Shown one piece after another: positions 9,858 through 20,314 of a DNA stretch of 64,000 nucleotides. Where the stretch lies: assembly GCA_963776495.1 (NCBI GenBank), contig CAVZMW010000003.1, forward strand, positions 196,326 to 260,325. Direction: 5' to 3'. The notes beneath the pieces were generated by a model that was given only the letters and a program-made list of their open reading frames with translations, made no database searches and was not told the DNA's origin. A program made the position numbers and the translations under genes. Position 1 is the first letter of the stretch, and every line of letters begins with the position of its first letter. Source of the DNA: an uncultured Acidobacteriota bacterium (GTDB lineage Bacteria > Acidobacteriota > Vicinamibacteria > Vicinamibacterales > Fen-181).

Positions 9858-10631
9858 TCATCTGCGCCTCGCCAGCAGCAGCCAGACCTCCGCCCGCAGG
9901 TCCCACGCGCGCCCGCGGTAGTCGCCGAGCACGGCCGTCACGCGGAACCCGGCCTTCTCGACCCGCGCCGCAACCTCGGGCAGAGGCAGCGTCCGGAAGG
10001 TCAGGGAGAACCGGTGCCGCCGGGTTCGCCCGCGCTCGGTCTCGACGTACTCCTGGTCGAAGATCGTCAGCCGTCGGCGGCGGTCCTGCCGCACCGATTC
10101 CACGAGCGTGACGCGGCCGCCCGATTGCCCGAGCTTCCCGCGGAGCCTCGTGCGGCCGCGGTATTCGTCCCACGCCGGCAGGTCGGGCACCAGGTCGATG
10201 CCCAGCGTGGCGCCCCGCTTCAGCACGCGGGCCGCCTCGGCGAGCGTCGTGGCGAGGTCCCGCTCCTTCGTCAGCGACTGGAGGATGCCGTAGGGCGCCA
10301 TCACGGCCGAGAACGACCGGTCGGGGAACGGCAGCTGGCGGATGTCGGCGCGCACCATCTCCGGGCGCTTGGCCCGCGGCAGCCGCCGGGCCCGCTCCCT
10401 CGCGTAGGCCAGCATCGGCTCCGACCGGTCGATGCCGACGACCCGGACGCCGGTGCGCGCGACCGGGATGAGGATCCGGCCGGTCCCGCAGCCCAGCTCG
10501 AGCACCGGGCCGCCTTCCCGCCGGGCGAAGTCCTGCCAGAACCGCACGTCCTTCCGCCCCATGGTCCGCGCGTTCTCCCAGTCGTAGAACCGCGCGTACT
10601 CGTCCCAGCCCTTCCAGCCCTCGGTAGCCAT
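9858..10631 (-). CDS. Class I SAM-dependent methyltransferase
   Basis: VLELGCGTG motif I, GIDRSEPML, ADIRQLPF. Confidence 0.92.
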   Translation of the reverse strand: MATEGWKGWDEYARFYDWENARTMGRKDVRFWQDFARREGGPVLELGCGTGRILIPVARTGVRVVGIDRSEPMLAYARERARRLPRAKRPEMVRADIRQLPFPDRSFSAVMAPYGILQSLTKERDLATTLAEAARVLKRGATLGIDLVPDLPAWDEYRGRTRLRGKLGQSGGRVTLVESVRQDRRRRLTIFDQEYVETERGRTRRHRFSLTFRTLPLPEVAARVEKAGFRVTAVLGDYRGRAWDLRAEVWLLLARRR

Positions 10632-10653
10632 CGGCGAATGATACTATCTGCTC
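10632..10653. promoter_or_regulatory. Overlapping back-to-back -10 boxes for two leaderless divergent genes
   Basis: + strand TACTAT (10642-10647) is 6 nt before ATG 10654; - strand TATCAT (10643-10638) is 6 nt before ATG 10631; no RBS on either side. Confidence 0.65.
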
Positions 10654-11850
10654 ATGTTTTCGGCCTCGCACGATCCGCTCGCGGCCTGGCGCGACGAATT
10701 CCCGATCCTCCACCGCACGGTCTACATGATCAGCAACTCGCTCGGCGCGATGCCGCGCGACGCCGCCCGCTCGCTGGCCGAGTACGCCGACACGTGGGCG
10801 ACCCGGGGCGTGCGGGCGTGGGAGGAGCGCTGGTGGGAGATGGCGCTCGAGGTCGGCAGCGCCGTCGCCGCCATCGTCGGGGCCCCCGCGGGGTCGGTGT
10901 GCATGCACGACAACGTGACGTCGGCGCAGATGGCCGTGCTCTCGTGCCTGAAGCCCGAGGGGCGGCGTCGCACGATCGTCTGCACGGCGGCCGACTTCCC
11001 GTCGGTGATCCACCTCTACCGCGCCCAGGTCCCGCTCGGGTTCGACCTGCGCGTGGTGCCGGCGGGGCCGGACCTGAACGTGGACGAGCAGCGCCTGGTG
11101 GAGGCCATCGACGAGACGACGCTCCTGGTCGCCTTCTCGCACGTGCTCTTCCGGACCTCGTTCATCGTCGATCCGCGGCCGGTGGTGGAGCGCGCGCGCC
11201 AAGTCGGAGCGCTGACGCTGCTCGACGTCTACCAGTCGGCGGGGATCGTCCCGCTGGACCTGACCGGGCTCGGCGTCGACTTCGCGGCCGGCGGCTGTCT
11301 GAAGTGGCTGTGCGGCGGGCCGGGCAACGCGTTCCTCTACGCGCGCCCCGACCTGCTCCGGACGCTCCACCCGCGCTTCACCGGCTGGCTGGCGCTCACC
11401 CGCCCCTTTGCCTTCGACATCGACGAGGGCGAGCTGCGCGAGGACGCGTGTCGCCTGATGAACGGCACGCCGCCCATCCCGGCTTACTACGCCGCGCTGC
11501 CGGGTCTCCGGATCGTCGGCCGGGTTGGCGTGGACCGGATCCGCGAGCAGTCGAAGCGGCTGACGGCGCGCCTGCTCGAGCTGGTGGATCGGCGGGGGTG
11601 GCCGACGCCCACCTCGCGCGACCCGGAGCGGGTGGCGGGCACCGTCGCCATCGACGTCCCCGACGCGCTGCCGGCCTCGCGCGCGCTCAAGGCACGCGAC
11701 GTCCTCATCGACTACCGGCCGAAGGTCGGCATCCGGGTCTCGCCGCATTTCTACAACACGTTCGAGGAGATCGAACGCCTGGTCGACACTCTCGAACACG
11801 TGCTCGCGGAGCGAGCGTTCGGCGAGGCGCCGCCCACGAGGGTCACCTAG
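10654..11850 (+). CDS. kynU: Kynureninase-like class V PLP enzyme
   Basis: YMISNSLG, WATRGVRAW, LLDVYQS, GGCLKWLCGGPG (PLP lysine). Confidence 0.75.
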   Translation: MFSASHDPLAAWRDEFPILHRTVYMISNSLGAMPRDAARSLAEYADTWATRGVRAWEERWWEMALEVGSAVAAIVGAPAGSVCMHDNVTSAQMAVLSCLKPEGRRRTIVCTAADFPSVIHLYRAQVPLGFDLRVVPAGPDLNVDEQRLVEAIDETTLLVAFSHVLFRTSFIVDPRPVVERARQVGALTLLDVYQSAGIVPLDLTGLGVDFAAGGCLKWLCGGPGNAFLYARPDLLRTLHPRFTGWLALTRPFAFDIDEGELREDACRLMNGTPPIPAYYAALPGLRIVGRVGVDRIREQSKRLTARLLELVDRRGWPTPTSRDPERVAGTVAIDVPDALPASRALKARDVLIDYRPKVGIRVSPHFYNTFEEIERLVDTLEHVLAERAFGEAPPTRVT

Positions 11851-11869
11851 CCCCCGCCAGGAGTCCGTC

Positions 11870-13113
11870 ATGAGCACCTTGTGGAATCATCGATACGCCC
11901 AGCGCACGCAGCGGATGACGAGCTCGATCATCCGCGAGCTGCTCAAGTTCACGGCGCAGCCCGACATCATCTCGTTCGCGGGCGGCCTGCCGGGCCCCGA
12001 CCTGTTCCCGGTCGAGGAGGTGAAGGAGGCCGCCGAGGCGGTGCTCGAGACCAAGGGGCGGATCGCCCTGCAGTACAGCACGACGGAGGGCTACCCGCCG
12101 CTGCGCGAGATGATCGTCCGCCACATGGCGCGCTACGGGATCGTGGTGGACATCGACAACGTCCTCATCACCAGCGGCTCCCAGCAGGCGCTCGATCTCA
12201 TCGGGAAGATCCTGATCAACCCGGGCGACAAGCTGCTGATGGAGAACCCGACCTACCTCGGCGCGCTCCAGGCGTTCACGATGTACGGCGCGGAGTTCGC
12301 CACCGTCCCGGCCGACGACGACGGGATGGTGACCAGCCAGCTGGAGGACGCGCTGCGGGCAGGGCCGAAGTTCATCTACGCGCTGCCCAACTTCCAGAAT
12401 CCGACCGGCGTGACCATGCCGCTCCAGCGGCGGCAGGAGCTGATCCGCATCTCGGACCACTACGGCATCCCGATCATCGAGGACGACCCGTACGGGCAGC
12501 TGCGCTACGAGGGCGATCACATCAAGCCGCTCGTCGTCCTCGACGCGGAGTGCCTCGAGTGCGAGCACAACGGGAAGTACACGGGCAACGTGATCTACCT
12601 GAGCACGTTCAGCAAGACGCTGGCGCCCGGCCTGCGCATGGCGTGGATCGCGGCGCCCAAGGACGTCATCAACAAGTTCGTCCAGGCCAAGCAGGGGACC
12701 GACCTGCAGTGCAGCACGTTCGACCAGATGGTGGCGTACGAGGTGGGGCGCGGCGGGTTCATCGACCGGCACGTCCACCGGATCCGCGAGGTCTACGGCC
12801 ATCGCCGGAACGTGATGCTGGCCGCGCTCGAGAAGGCGTTCCCCGACCCGTCGGTGGGCGTGCGATGGACGAGGCCGCAGGGCGGGCTGTTCCTGTGGGC
12901 GACCGTGCCGGAGTGGATGGACACGGCCGACCTGCTGAAGGACGCCGTGAAGGAGAAGGTGGCCTTCGTGCCCGGGGCGCCGTTCTTCCCGGGCGGCGGC
13001 GGCCACAACACCATGCGGCTCAACTTCAGCAACGCGCGCGACGAGCAAATCGAGGAGGGGATCGCGCGCCTCGGGCGGGCCATCATGAAGCGCGTCGACG
13101 CGCGCAAGGTATA

Positions 13114-13114
<1 letters not shown>
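11870..13114 (+). CDS. PLP-dependent class I aminotransferase (2-aminoadipate/kynurenine aminotransferase-like)
   Basis: ISFAGGLP, GSQQALDL, PNFQNPTG, IIEDDPY, STFSKTLAPGLR. Confidence 0.92.
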
Positions 13115-14208
<1,094 letters not shown>

Positions 14209-14211
14209 GGG

Positions 14212-14280
14212 GCAAGGCTCAGGTCTCAAGGCTCAGGGCTCAGGGCTCAGGGCTCAGGGCTCAGGGCTCAGGGCTCAGGG
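14212..14280 (+). repeat. Heptamer tandem repeat (GGCTCAG)n, about 9-10 units
   Basis: Direct read of the DUF362 to AI-2E spacer. Confidence 0.95.
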
Positions 14281-14288
14281 AGACGATC

Positions 14289-15374
14289 ATGACGCAGCCT
14301 CCATCGGCCTTCTACCCGCGCGTCTTCGCGACGGTCACCGCCGCGGTGCTCGGCCTGGCGGTGTTCTGGATCCTGCGGCCGTTCGCCGGCGCCTTGCTGT
14401 GGGCGGCGCTGCTCGCCTTCCTCCTCTTCCCGCTGAACCTGCGGCTTCGCAAGAGGCTTCGCGGCAGGACGAGCGTCGCCGCGCTGCTGCTGACCTTCGC
14501 GGTCGTGCTGATGGTCGTCGTGCCGACGCTCTTGCTCGGCGTGACGTTCGCCACGCAGGCGGCGGCGCTGGCCGGGCACCTGCAGGCCGCCGCGGCCCAG
14601 CACCAGATCCAGAGCGCGGGCGACCTGACGGGACTCCTCGACAGCATTGCGCGGCGGATCGGCGGCTGGCTGCCGGTCCCGGTGGACCAGATTCGCGACT
14701 CGCTGCTCACCGCGGGGGAACAGTTCGCCCGGTCGGCGGTTTCGCTGGGCGGGTCGCTGTTCGCCTCGCTCTTCGGCCTCGTCATGTCCATCGTCATCGC
14801 GCTGTTCGTCCTGTTCTTCTTCCTGCGGGACGGCGAGCTGATGGTGACGCGGGCGATGGTGCTCGTGCCGCTCGACGACCGGCGCAAGTCGCATCTGCTG
14901 CTCCACCTGTCGGAGGTGACGCGCGCCGTGGTCCTCGGGACCATGGTCACGGCGCTCGTCCAGGGCGCGCTGGCCGGCATCGGCTTCGCGCTGGCCGGGG
15001 TGCCGTGGTCGATCGTGTTCGGCGTGCTGACGGTCGGCGCGGCGGTGGTGCCGGTGGTCGGCACGGCCCTGGTCTGGGTGCCCGTCGCCGCCTGGCTGGG
15101 CTTGTCCGGTCACCCGGGGACGGCGCTGTTCGTCCTGATCTGGGGAGCCGCGGTGGTGTCGTCGGCCGACCACGTGGTCCGGCCGCTGTTCATCTCGAGC
15201 CGGGCGAAGATTTCCACGCTGCCGGTGTTCATCGGCCTGCTCGGCGGAATCGCCGCGTTCGGCATGGTCGGGATCTTCCTGGGCCCCGTGGTCATCGCGC
15301 TCGTCCTCGCCCTGCTGGAGTTCGCCGAAGAGGCGCGGACGGAGGCTGCCGCACCGATCTCAACCAATGGCTGA
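14289..15374 (+). CDS. AI-2E (PerM/YdiK-like) family transporter
   Basis: Multiple TM segments; FFFLRDG, GTALVWVP, DHVVRP, GIFLGPV. Confidence 0.92.
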   Translation: MTQPPSAFYPRVFATVTAAVLGLAVFWILRPFAGALLWAALLAFLLFPLNLRLRKRLRGRTSVAALLLTFAVVLMVVVPTLLLGVTFATQAAALAGHLQAAAAQHQIQSAGDLTGLLDSIARRIGGWLPVPVDQIRDSLLTAGEQFARSAVSLGGSLFASLFGLVMSIVIALFVLFFFLRDGELMVTRAMVLVPLDDRRKSHLLLHLSEVTRAVVLGTMVTALVQGALAGIGFALAGVPWSIVFGVLTVGAAVVPVVGTALVWVPVAAWLGLSGHPGTALFVLIWGAAVVSSADHVVRPLFISSRAKISTLPVFIGLLGGIAAFGMVGIFLGPVVIALVLALLEFAEEARTEAAAPISTNG

Positions 15375-15496
15375 CGGCTGATGGCTGACGGCTGACGGCC
15401 CTGATCCGCTGCCGGCTGAACCGCGTCCCGTCTTCCCACCGTGATCCGCTGCCCGCTGGACCCTGACCCGTGAACCCTGAACCCACGTTACTGCCC

Positions 15497-16579
15497 ATGT
15501 CCTTCCTCTCGTCCCTGCCCGGTTCCGTGATCCTTGGCCCCATGGCGAAGGGCTGCAATCTCCCTTACCGCCGGCTGGCGGTCGAGCTTGGCGCGCGCGT
15601 GACCTGCAGCGAGATGGCGCTGGCGCGGCGGCTCAAGCAGAACCGGCGTCCCGAGTACGCCCTGATCCGCCGGGCGCCCGAGGAGACCTGCTTCGGCGTG
15701 CAGCTGGCCGGCAACAAGCCGGAGGAGATGGCGTGGGCCGCGGCGCTGGTCGAAGAGCGCGGCGCGAGTTTCGTGGACGTGAACCTCGGCTGCCCGATCG
15801 ACTACTTCACCAGCAAGGGACTGGGCGCCGCCTTGGCCCGCCAGCCGAAGCGCGTGGCGAAGATCGTCGAGGCGATGCGCCTGGCGGTGAAGGCGATCCC
15901 GGTGACCGTCAAGTTCAGGCTCGGCTGGAAGGACGACCAGCGGAACTACCTCGAGATCGCGCGGGCGGCGGTGGACGGCGGCGCCGGCGCCCTCTTCGTC
16001 CACGGCCGGACGCGCGACGCGCGCTACCGCTTCGCCGCCGACTGGGACGCGATCGGCGAGGTGGCGCGCGCGGTGGCCGTGCCCGTCGTCGGCAACGGCG
16101 ACCTGCTGTTCCCGCACGAGATGGAGGCGGCGCGGGCACGGTCGGGATGCGCGGCCGTGATGGTGTCGCGCGGCGCGCTCATCAAGCCGTGGATCTTCGG
16201 CGAGGCGGCCTCGGGCTACCGCGACATCGCGGCCGAGGAGCGGCTGGCCGTCTACCGGCGATACGTGGCCCTCGCGCTCGAGCACTGGGGGGACCACGAG
16301 CGCGCCCGCGCGCAGGTGGCGGAGTTCACGCGCTGGCACTTCGGGTTCTGGTGCCGCTACGCGCCGCGCCGGCCGGACGGCAGCTGGCCGGGCATGCAGG
16401 AGCGCGAGGACACGAGCTTCGCGCGGACGCCGCTCGAGCAGCTGCTGGCGCGCCAGGACGCGACGGCGCACGCCTGGATCACCGAGCGCCTGCTGGCGGG
16501 CGAAGAGGTGGACCCCGCAGCTGCGCCCGCGCCCTCAGAAGCGGACGAGCAGGGCGCCGATTTCGAAGTGTCAGGGTAG
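15497..16579 (+). CDS. tRNA-dihydrouridine synthase family protein
   Basis: LGPMA, VQLAG, DVNLGCP, TVKFRLG, VHGRT, VVGNGDL. Confidence 0.92.
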   Translation: MSFLSSLPGSVILGPMAKGCNLPYRRLAVELGARVTCSEMALARRLKQNRRPEYALIRRAPEETCFGVQLAGNKPEEMAWAAALVEERGASFVDVNLGCPIDYFTSKGLGAALARQPKRVAKIVEAMRLAVKAIPVTVKFRLGWKDDQRNYLEIARAAVDGGAGALFVHGRTRDARYRFAADWDAIGEVARAVAVPVVGNGDLLFPHEMEAARARSGCAAVMVSRGALIKPWIFGEAASGYRDIAAEERLAVYRRYVALALEHWGDHERARAQVAEFTRWHFGFWCRYAPRRPDGSWPGMQEREDTSFARTPLEQLLARQDATAHAWITERLLAGEEVDPAAAPAPSEADEQGADFEVSG

Positions 16580-16846
16580 CCCTGCCCTGAGCGAGGGCGC
16601 GGAGCGCCAGAGTCGAAGGGCAGGGCCGGCGCGCCGGCCGTTCACTGCCTCGGCGCGGCCACGGCTTCTCCGGGTTCGGCGGTGTCGGTCTTCGCGACTC
16701 GGGACCGGCTGGAGTCGAGGCCTCACTCACGTTTCCGTTAACGGGATCGAGCAGTCCCCGAGCCGGTCGGTCTTCTGGAACGCCCGGTCACACGAACGGC
16801 TTGCGGACGGGGAGGCGGCGGGTCCAACTCCTGCCATCATCGGACC

Positions 16847-17065
16847 GTGGATGAGAAGGTCGTCGGACGCCGGCGGACGGACGGAAACGACCCGGCTGCC
16901 CTCCAGCGCACGCGCGCTGCGGTGCGACGAACGGGGGCACTCGTGCCACGGGGCGTGTACCGGTTCCGGACCTTTGAGGAGGCCGACACGTGGATGACCC
17001 GCATGATCGCGCGTACTCACGTGAGCCGCAACTCGACGACCTCGCCCGACTCGGCCGCGCGCTGA
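16847..17065 (+). CDS. Small hypothetical protein, partner of the downstream nucleotidyltransferase
   Basis: 72 aa with PRGVYRFRTFEEADTW; overlaps the NTase start, as in the 56634/56773 pair. Confidence 0.6.
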   Translation: MDEKVVGRRRTDGNDPAALQRTRAAVRRTGALVPRGVYRFRTFEEADTWMTRMIARTHVSRNSTTSPDSAAR

Positions 17066-17288
17066 ACGCCCACCAGGTCCGCTACGTATCGGGGTCGGCC
17101 TGATGGCCGCCGCCTGCGGCGTGGACTACGCGGAGGCGAGCCGTGACGCGGTGCCGATGGTCTTCGGCGGCGTGGAGATGCCCGTGGCGAGTCCACCGAC
17201 GCTGATGCGGACGAAGAACACCGTCCGGCCCTCGGACGCCGCCGACCGCGGGTTTCTCCAGGCGCTGATCGACGAGTCCTCGCGCTGA
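16990..17288 (+). pseudogene. Internally deleted nucleotidyltransferase
   Basis: N-terminus MDDPHDRAYSREPQLDDLARLGRALNAHQVRYV from GTG 16990 is joined out of frame to the C-terminal segment LMAAACGVDY...LMRTKNTVRPSDAADRGFL; the GG..DxD catalytic core is absent. Confidence 0.65.
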
Positions 17289-17405
17289 GGGCCGCCACGA
17301 GCGACGTCGAGGGGCAGGCGCGCCAGCCGCCGCGCCACTCTGACAAGGCCTGCATTAGCTCGCCGCACCCAAGCAACACCAGCGTTCACTGTCCCCAACG
17401 CGACC

Positions 17406-17525
17406 CGTCCCCCGCCACAGCTCAGAACGCCGGGCTGGAACGGCCTCAACACGGTTCGTCACAATCCGGCGTGGGCTCTCGATCGGAAACGATGCCTGGC
17501 GCGTCGTCCGCAGCCAGTCCCTCGC
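17406..17525. repeat. 120-bp dispersed repeat, copy 1 (copy 2 at 42954-43073)
   Basis: Ungapped hand alignment gives about 104/120 identities. Confidence 0.9.
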
Positions 17526-17782
17526 TGACCGGCTGGCCCAGGTCAAGCGGATCCAGCCGCCCCCCGCATGGAGTTCCTCGTGGGTGCGCAGTTGCCTCGG
17601 CGGGTGGCGTCCGGCTGACGGTACACCGCGATCGGAGGCAGAAACGACGAACATCCTGCGGGACGATCGTCAGAGGAGGCGGTAGATTCTGCGCGGGCCG
17701 TTCAGGGTGAGATGTTGTCTGGGCGCGAATCGTTGGATGCCCGAATGGAATGCCCGTTGCAGTAGCCAAGGTCGGAACGGAC

Positions 17783-18004
17783 ATGAAGAGAACAGCACCC
17801 ACACCGAGCACGCGCGGGAGGGCGAAGCGAGCGACAGGTTGCCCTGAGTTCGACGACGAGAAGCTCACCCCCAGCGAGCAGAACGCCCTCGACCACGACC
17901 TTCGCATCCTGGCGTCGTGGGGCATTCTCGGCTCTCAGCCGGCGAGACCAATCAGGGCTCGGTCGGTTCGCGCAGGCTCCGCTCGGCGGAAGTCCCGCCG
18001 GTGA
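17783..18004 (+). CDS. Small hypothetical protein, possibly antitoxin-like
   Basis: DDEKLTPSEQNALDHDLRILASWG loosely resembles DEALTPAERRAVAIGRRELASG of the 25203 ORF. Confidence 0.3.
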   Translation: MKRTAPTPSTRGRAKRATGCPEFDDEKLTPSEQNALDHDLRILASWGILGSQPARPIRARSVRAGSARRKSRR

Positions 18005-18243
18005 GCCGTCCGCCGCAGTCGGCGAATTCAGCCATTGGCCGGCGCACCGACAAAGCGGACCGTACGTGAGGCACGACCGCATCTCCGCCCCCCGCCTTGG
18101 GTCCGTTGCCAGTCATCAGTCGATCGCGCGGGACAGACTGACCACTGGCCACTATCGAGATGTGTTACCGTTAGCGCCCGGCCGAGGCTGACCGATGCGA
18201 GCGCAGCCGGCCGACATCTCAAAAAGGGGCATCGATACCGGGT

Positions 18244-18851
18244 GTCGTCTCGTCGAGGATTGCCGCAGTCTCACTTTGCGTATGGGCCGTGGCTGCCATC
18301 GCTGGCGCCCAGCAAGGGCCTCCCCCGGTCCCGTCAAGTGTGAGCGGCTTCGTCTTCGCTCCCGAGGTCAGGATCACGAGCGTCGATGGATCGCTCGGAG
18401 AGCTGGCGGGCTGGCACGGCGGCTGGCTGCGGCCGGACGGCGTCTTCCTGGGTGCTGGTGCCTACGCGCTCGTTGGGGCGGCGGCCGCGCGGTCATGTCT
18501 TACGGTGGGTTCGCGGCCGGTTTCGCGGCTCCGGTCAATGACCGGACGCGAATAGGCGTGCGGGGGCTCGTCGGAATCGGCCATGCGACCCTCTGGGTTC
18601 CCCCTCCTCCTTCTTCTGACGGGGATGCTTGCCTGACGAACCCGTTCCTGTGCGACTCCATAATCATCGCTGTCGCGGTAAACCCGTACTTCCTCGTGTT
18701 CGAGCCGCAGGTCACGGCCGAATCGCGTGTCGGCCGCCGTGTGTCGGTTGAAGTCGCGGTTGGTTACCGCGTGGCTGGAAGCGCGAGCGGTTACGAGAGC
18801 CGCCTGAGGGGAGCCTCCGGCAGCGCGGGCGTCAGGCTCGGACCCTTCTGA
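18244..18851 (+). pseudogene. Frameshifted outer-membrane beta-barrel-like protein
   Basis: Signal-like VVSSRIAAVSLCVWAVAAIAGAQQ and beta-strand N-half in the 18289 frame continue as SYGGFAAG...EPQV...VGYR...GSAGVRLGPF in the 18195 frame; one extra G in the G4 run at 18475-18478 restores the frame. Start uncertain. Confidence 0.6.
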
Positions 18852-19154
18852 GACTCGGAGACAGTGGGCGGCATTGGCGGCTCATACCGCATCGCCACTG
18901 CCCCCGAGCCGAACTCCAGCCGGCTCACGAGCTTCAAGTCGATACGCTTCGACCCGGTTCAGGGTGCTCGACACGACCCAAGAGTACGACCGATGGGGCC
19001 GCCTGGCAATCGTCGCCACGGCGGTCTCCCTCCCGTCTGGCAGCCGCGGCGATCTGGCGTCAGCACAGGCGCCAGGCCTGCGGAGATTCCAGCGCGTTCT
19101 CGCGCGTTCCGACCGGCACGTCGCGTGCATTGACGACGATGTACGATGCGAACC

Positions 19155-19721
19155 GTGGCACGGGTCCCGCCGTTCGATCGCCCGGCGACCTACGAGGATT
19201 TCGTCAAGCTCCCCGACAACCTGGTGGCCGAGATCGTGGGCGGGGAGTTGCACGCGTCGCCTCGCCCGGCGCCGCGCCACTCAGTCGCCGAGACGATCCT
19301 CGGTACCTTGATAGCCGGGCCGTTTCATCTCGGTCGCGGGGGCCCCGGCGGATGGTGGGACCTCCAGGAACCCGAACTGCACCTCGCGGCCGACGTCGTC
19401 GTGCCCGACTTCGCCGGCTGGAGGCGGGTCCGCATGCCCGCACCGCCAGAAACGGCTTACATCGACCTGGCGCCCGACTGGGTGTGCGAGATCCTCTCTC
19501 CCTCGACGGCCTCGCTCGACCGAACGCGGAAGCTCGCCATCTACGCGCGCGAGCGAGTCGGTCACGCCTGGCTGGTGGACCCGTTGGCCCGAACGCTCGA
19601 GGTCCTGCGACTCGAGGCCGACCATTGGGCGATCGTGTCCTCGCACGAGGGACGGGAGTCGGTCCGCGCGGAGCCGTTCGCGGCGGTCGAGCTGGGGCTA
19701 TCCGATCTGTGGGTCGATTAA
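19155..19721 (+). CDS. Uma2 family PD-(D/E)XK endonuclease, copy 1 (alt. ATG 19146)
   Basis: ATYEDF, AEIVGGEL, VVPDFAGW, PDWVCEILSPST, WLVDP; TACGAT box 7 nt before GTG. Confidence 0.92.
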   Translation: MARVPPFDRPATYEDFVKLPDNLVAEIVGGELHASPRPAPRHSVAETILGTLIAGPFHLGRGGPGGWWDLQEPELHLAADVVVPDFAGWRRVRMPAPPETAYIDLAPDWVCEILSPSTASLDRTRKLAIYARERVGHAWLVDPLARTLEVLRLEADHWAIVSSHEGRESVRAEPFAAVELGLSDLWVD

Positions 19722-19730
19722 CGACTGGCC

Positions 19731-19857
19731 CCCGATTCCTCAACCCGTTCACCGATTGATCCGCCCGTCTACCGATTGATCCGCCCGTCTACCGATTGAT
19801 CCGCCCGTCTACCGATTGATCCGCCCGTCTACCGATTGATCCGCCCGTCTACCGATT
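19731..19857 (+). repeat. 20-bp tandem satellite, 5 perfect copies of ACCGATTGATCCGCCCGTCT (19751-19850) plus degenerate ends
   Basis: Direct read; no unique spacers. Confidence 0.97.
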
Positions 19858-19875
19858 TCCGAATTCTCACTCCCC

Positions 19876-19917
19876 TTGACAATCGACAGGAGAACGTCTA
19901 GTCTCTTGTCGATTGTC
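19876..19917 (+). promoter_or_regulatory. sigma70 promoter TTGACA-N17-TAGTCT overlapped by a 16-bp-arm inverted repeat (putative PadR operator)
   Basis: -35 at 19876-19881, -10 at 19899-19904; arms GACAATCGACAGGAGA (19878-19893) and TCTCTTGTCGATTGTC (19902-19917) match 15/16. Confidence 0.75.
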
Positions 19918-19929
19918 TGGAGGTAAGCG

Positions 19930-20259
19930 ATGACGGCCGAGAAACGGGAGCTCCTGCAGGGGACGCTCGACCTGCTGGTGCTGAAGACCCTCGCCCTCGA
20001 GCCGATGCACGGCTGGGGCATCTCGCAGCGGATCCAGCAAATCTCGAAGGACGTGCTGTCGGTCACGCAGGGGTCTCTCTACCCCGCCCTCCACCGCCTG
20101 GAGGTGCAGCGGCTCATCGCGTCCGAGATGGGAACCTCCGAGAACAACCGCAAGGCGCGCTTCTACCGGTTGACGGCCGCGGGCCGAAAGCGCCTCGCGG
20201 CCGAGACGGAAAGCTGGGAGCGCCTGTCGCTCGCGGTGGCTCGGATCCTGGAGGCCTAG
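19930..20259 (+). CDS. PadR family regulator, acidobacterial type
   Basis: [41 protein letters not shown]. Confidence 0.95.
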   Translation: MTAEKRELLQGTLDLLVLKTLALEPMHGWGISQRIQQISKDVLSVTQGSLYPALHRLEVQRLIASEMGTSENNRKARFYRLTAAGRKRLAAETESWERLSLAVARILEA

Positions 20260-20314
20260 GTTCCCGGCGCCGTTCGCGGTCGGGCGCGGTCCCGTTCGTT
20301 GGTCCGAGGTGGCG

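Noticed and set aside
16620-16840. Possible gene remnant or ncRNA after dus
   Set aside because: Short palindromes only; no recognisable family in any frame.
17530-17700. IS91-like transposase C-terminal remnant next to repeat copy 1
   Set aside because: No frame gave a convincing motif.
17690-17745. Integron attC-like sites around low-GC segments (also near 42080-42240)
   Set aside because: Only isolated GTTRRRY-like words; no paired R/L boxes could be built and no integrase is present.
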